Assembly (NCBI GenBank): GCA_963810425.1
Contig: CAWENH010000004.1
Span: forward strand, 78,746 to 102,745
DNA: 24,000 bases
Origin: an uncultured Chloroflexia bacterium
Lineage (GTDB): Bacteria > Chloroflexota > Chloroflexia > Chloroflexales > Kallotenuaceae
Reading direction: 5' to 3'
Below are positions 23,480 through 24,000 of the stretch, piece after piece (the stretch's first letter is position 1; each line of letters begins with the position of its first letter). A program made the position numbers and the translations under genes. Below the pieces are notes generated by a model that saw nothing but the letters and a program-made list of their open reading frames with translations, searched no databases and had not been told where the DNA came from.

Positions 23480-24000
23480 CTACTGGAACGTCCAAGCCTG
23501 GGTTGCAAGGTCAAAGGTGCCGGTCTTGCCCTCGGGTGTTGTGAAATGCATGCTTCCTGTTGGCCCGGCTGGAGTAAGCAGGAGTGACTCGAAACCGCTG
23601 ACCGTCAGCGCAGTGAGGTCTGCGGGTGCCAACCAGTACTGATTATAAATCTGCTGGAGGACGGGGTCCTCGGTAGAATACTCCGTCAGGATGAGGACTG
23701 GACCGCGTGTGTCATTTTTTGGATAGCAAAATAGCAGGACAACCGCGTAGTCCGAGCCGTCACTTCCTGAGAGTGCCCCAAGCTGCCACGCATCATTTGC
23801 GCCATACGGCACCATTATGGGTGGTATTTCCCGTCGATCCTCCATGCTCATCCGCTCCACCCGACGTGCCCGCTCGGAAATATAGCCGCGCGGCTTCGGG
23901 GTTTGCAGTGGAAGTACTACCGGCGGCACAGTTGGGAATATGGCATCACTACTCTGCGAGGTAGCAATCGCATCTTGCTCTTCCTGCGCAAACCGTGTAT
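23480..24000 (-). CDS. hypothetical protein in a lower-GC segment; the frame is open to the right window edge
   Basis: Listed ORF 23480..23929 starts at a GTG, but my hand translation shows the frame stays open upstream to position 24000 (..TRFAQEEQDAIATSQSSDAIFPT-VPPVV..). Internal ATGs (MSMEDRREIPPIMVPYG) are also possible starts. No family recognised. Confidence 0.5.
   Translation of the reverse strand, partial: TRFAQEEQDAIATSQSSDAIFPTVPPVVLPLQTPKPRGYISERARRVERMSMEDRREIPPIMVPYGANDAWQLGALSGSDGSDYAVVLLFCYPKNDTRGPVLILTEYSTEDPVLQQIYNQYWLAPADLTALTVSGFESLLLTPAGPTGSMHFTTPEGKTGTFDLATQAWTFQ

Noticed and set aside
23515-23534. aaggtgccggtcttgcc within the right-edge ORF resembles the array unit (gtgcaggtcttgcc) and encodes GKTGTF, compared with the array's GKTCTTF.
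   Set aside because: The exact match is only about 9-10 nt, which is expected by chance in 48 kb of two-strand sequence. There is no flanking similarity.

Overview
GC-rich bacterial chromosomal segment (roughly two-thirds G+C by eye), mostly housekeeping genes that are tightly packed and often translationally coupled. Left to right the calls are as follows. A partial hypothetical gene (-). A 15-copy 21-bp tandem array. A minus-strand cluster of VWA protein, small ORF and zinc-ribbon/FHA protein, bracketed by a 32-nt inverted repeat. A small membrane protein, nicotinamidase (pncA-like), a Ca2+/H+ antiporter, two small proteins, a LysR regulator coupled to PrmC, and a membrane protein. The block rpmB(-)/asp23/DAK2-FakA-like/two DegV/recG, then phoU, an FtsW/RodA-family protein and an MFS transporter. 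A zinc-ribbon/DUF4190-like protein plus a small membrane protein (-), and a tandem PRC-barrel protein coupled to a JAMM/MPN metalloprotease. An S41 C-terminal processing protease (-), an SbcD/Mre11-like nuclease with no SbcC partner, and a lower-GC partial ORF at the right edge. No rRNA, tRNA, CRISPR array, transposase or integrase was recognised. The most unusual content is non-coding, between 1020 and 3640: heptamer-word repeats, the 21-bp array and the inverted repeat framing the VWA/FHA cluster. Several genes (VWA, MFS, the recG N-terminal region) are broken by apparent 1-nt indels. Two of these breaks sit at the same heptamer, TGAGTTC, so assembly or base-calling error must be excluded before any biological reading. 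Many long listed ORFs are opposite-strand or off-frame shadows typical of high-GC DNA and were not called.
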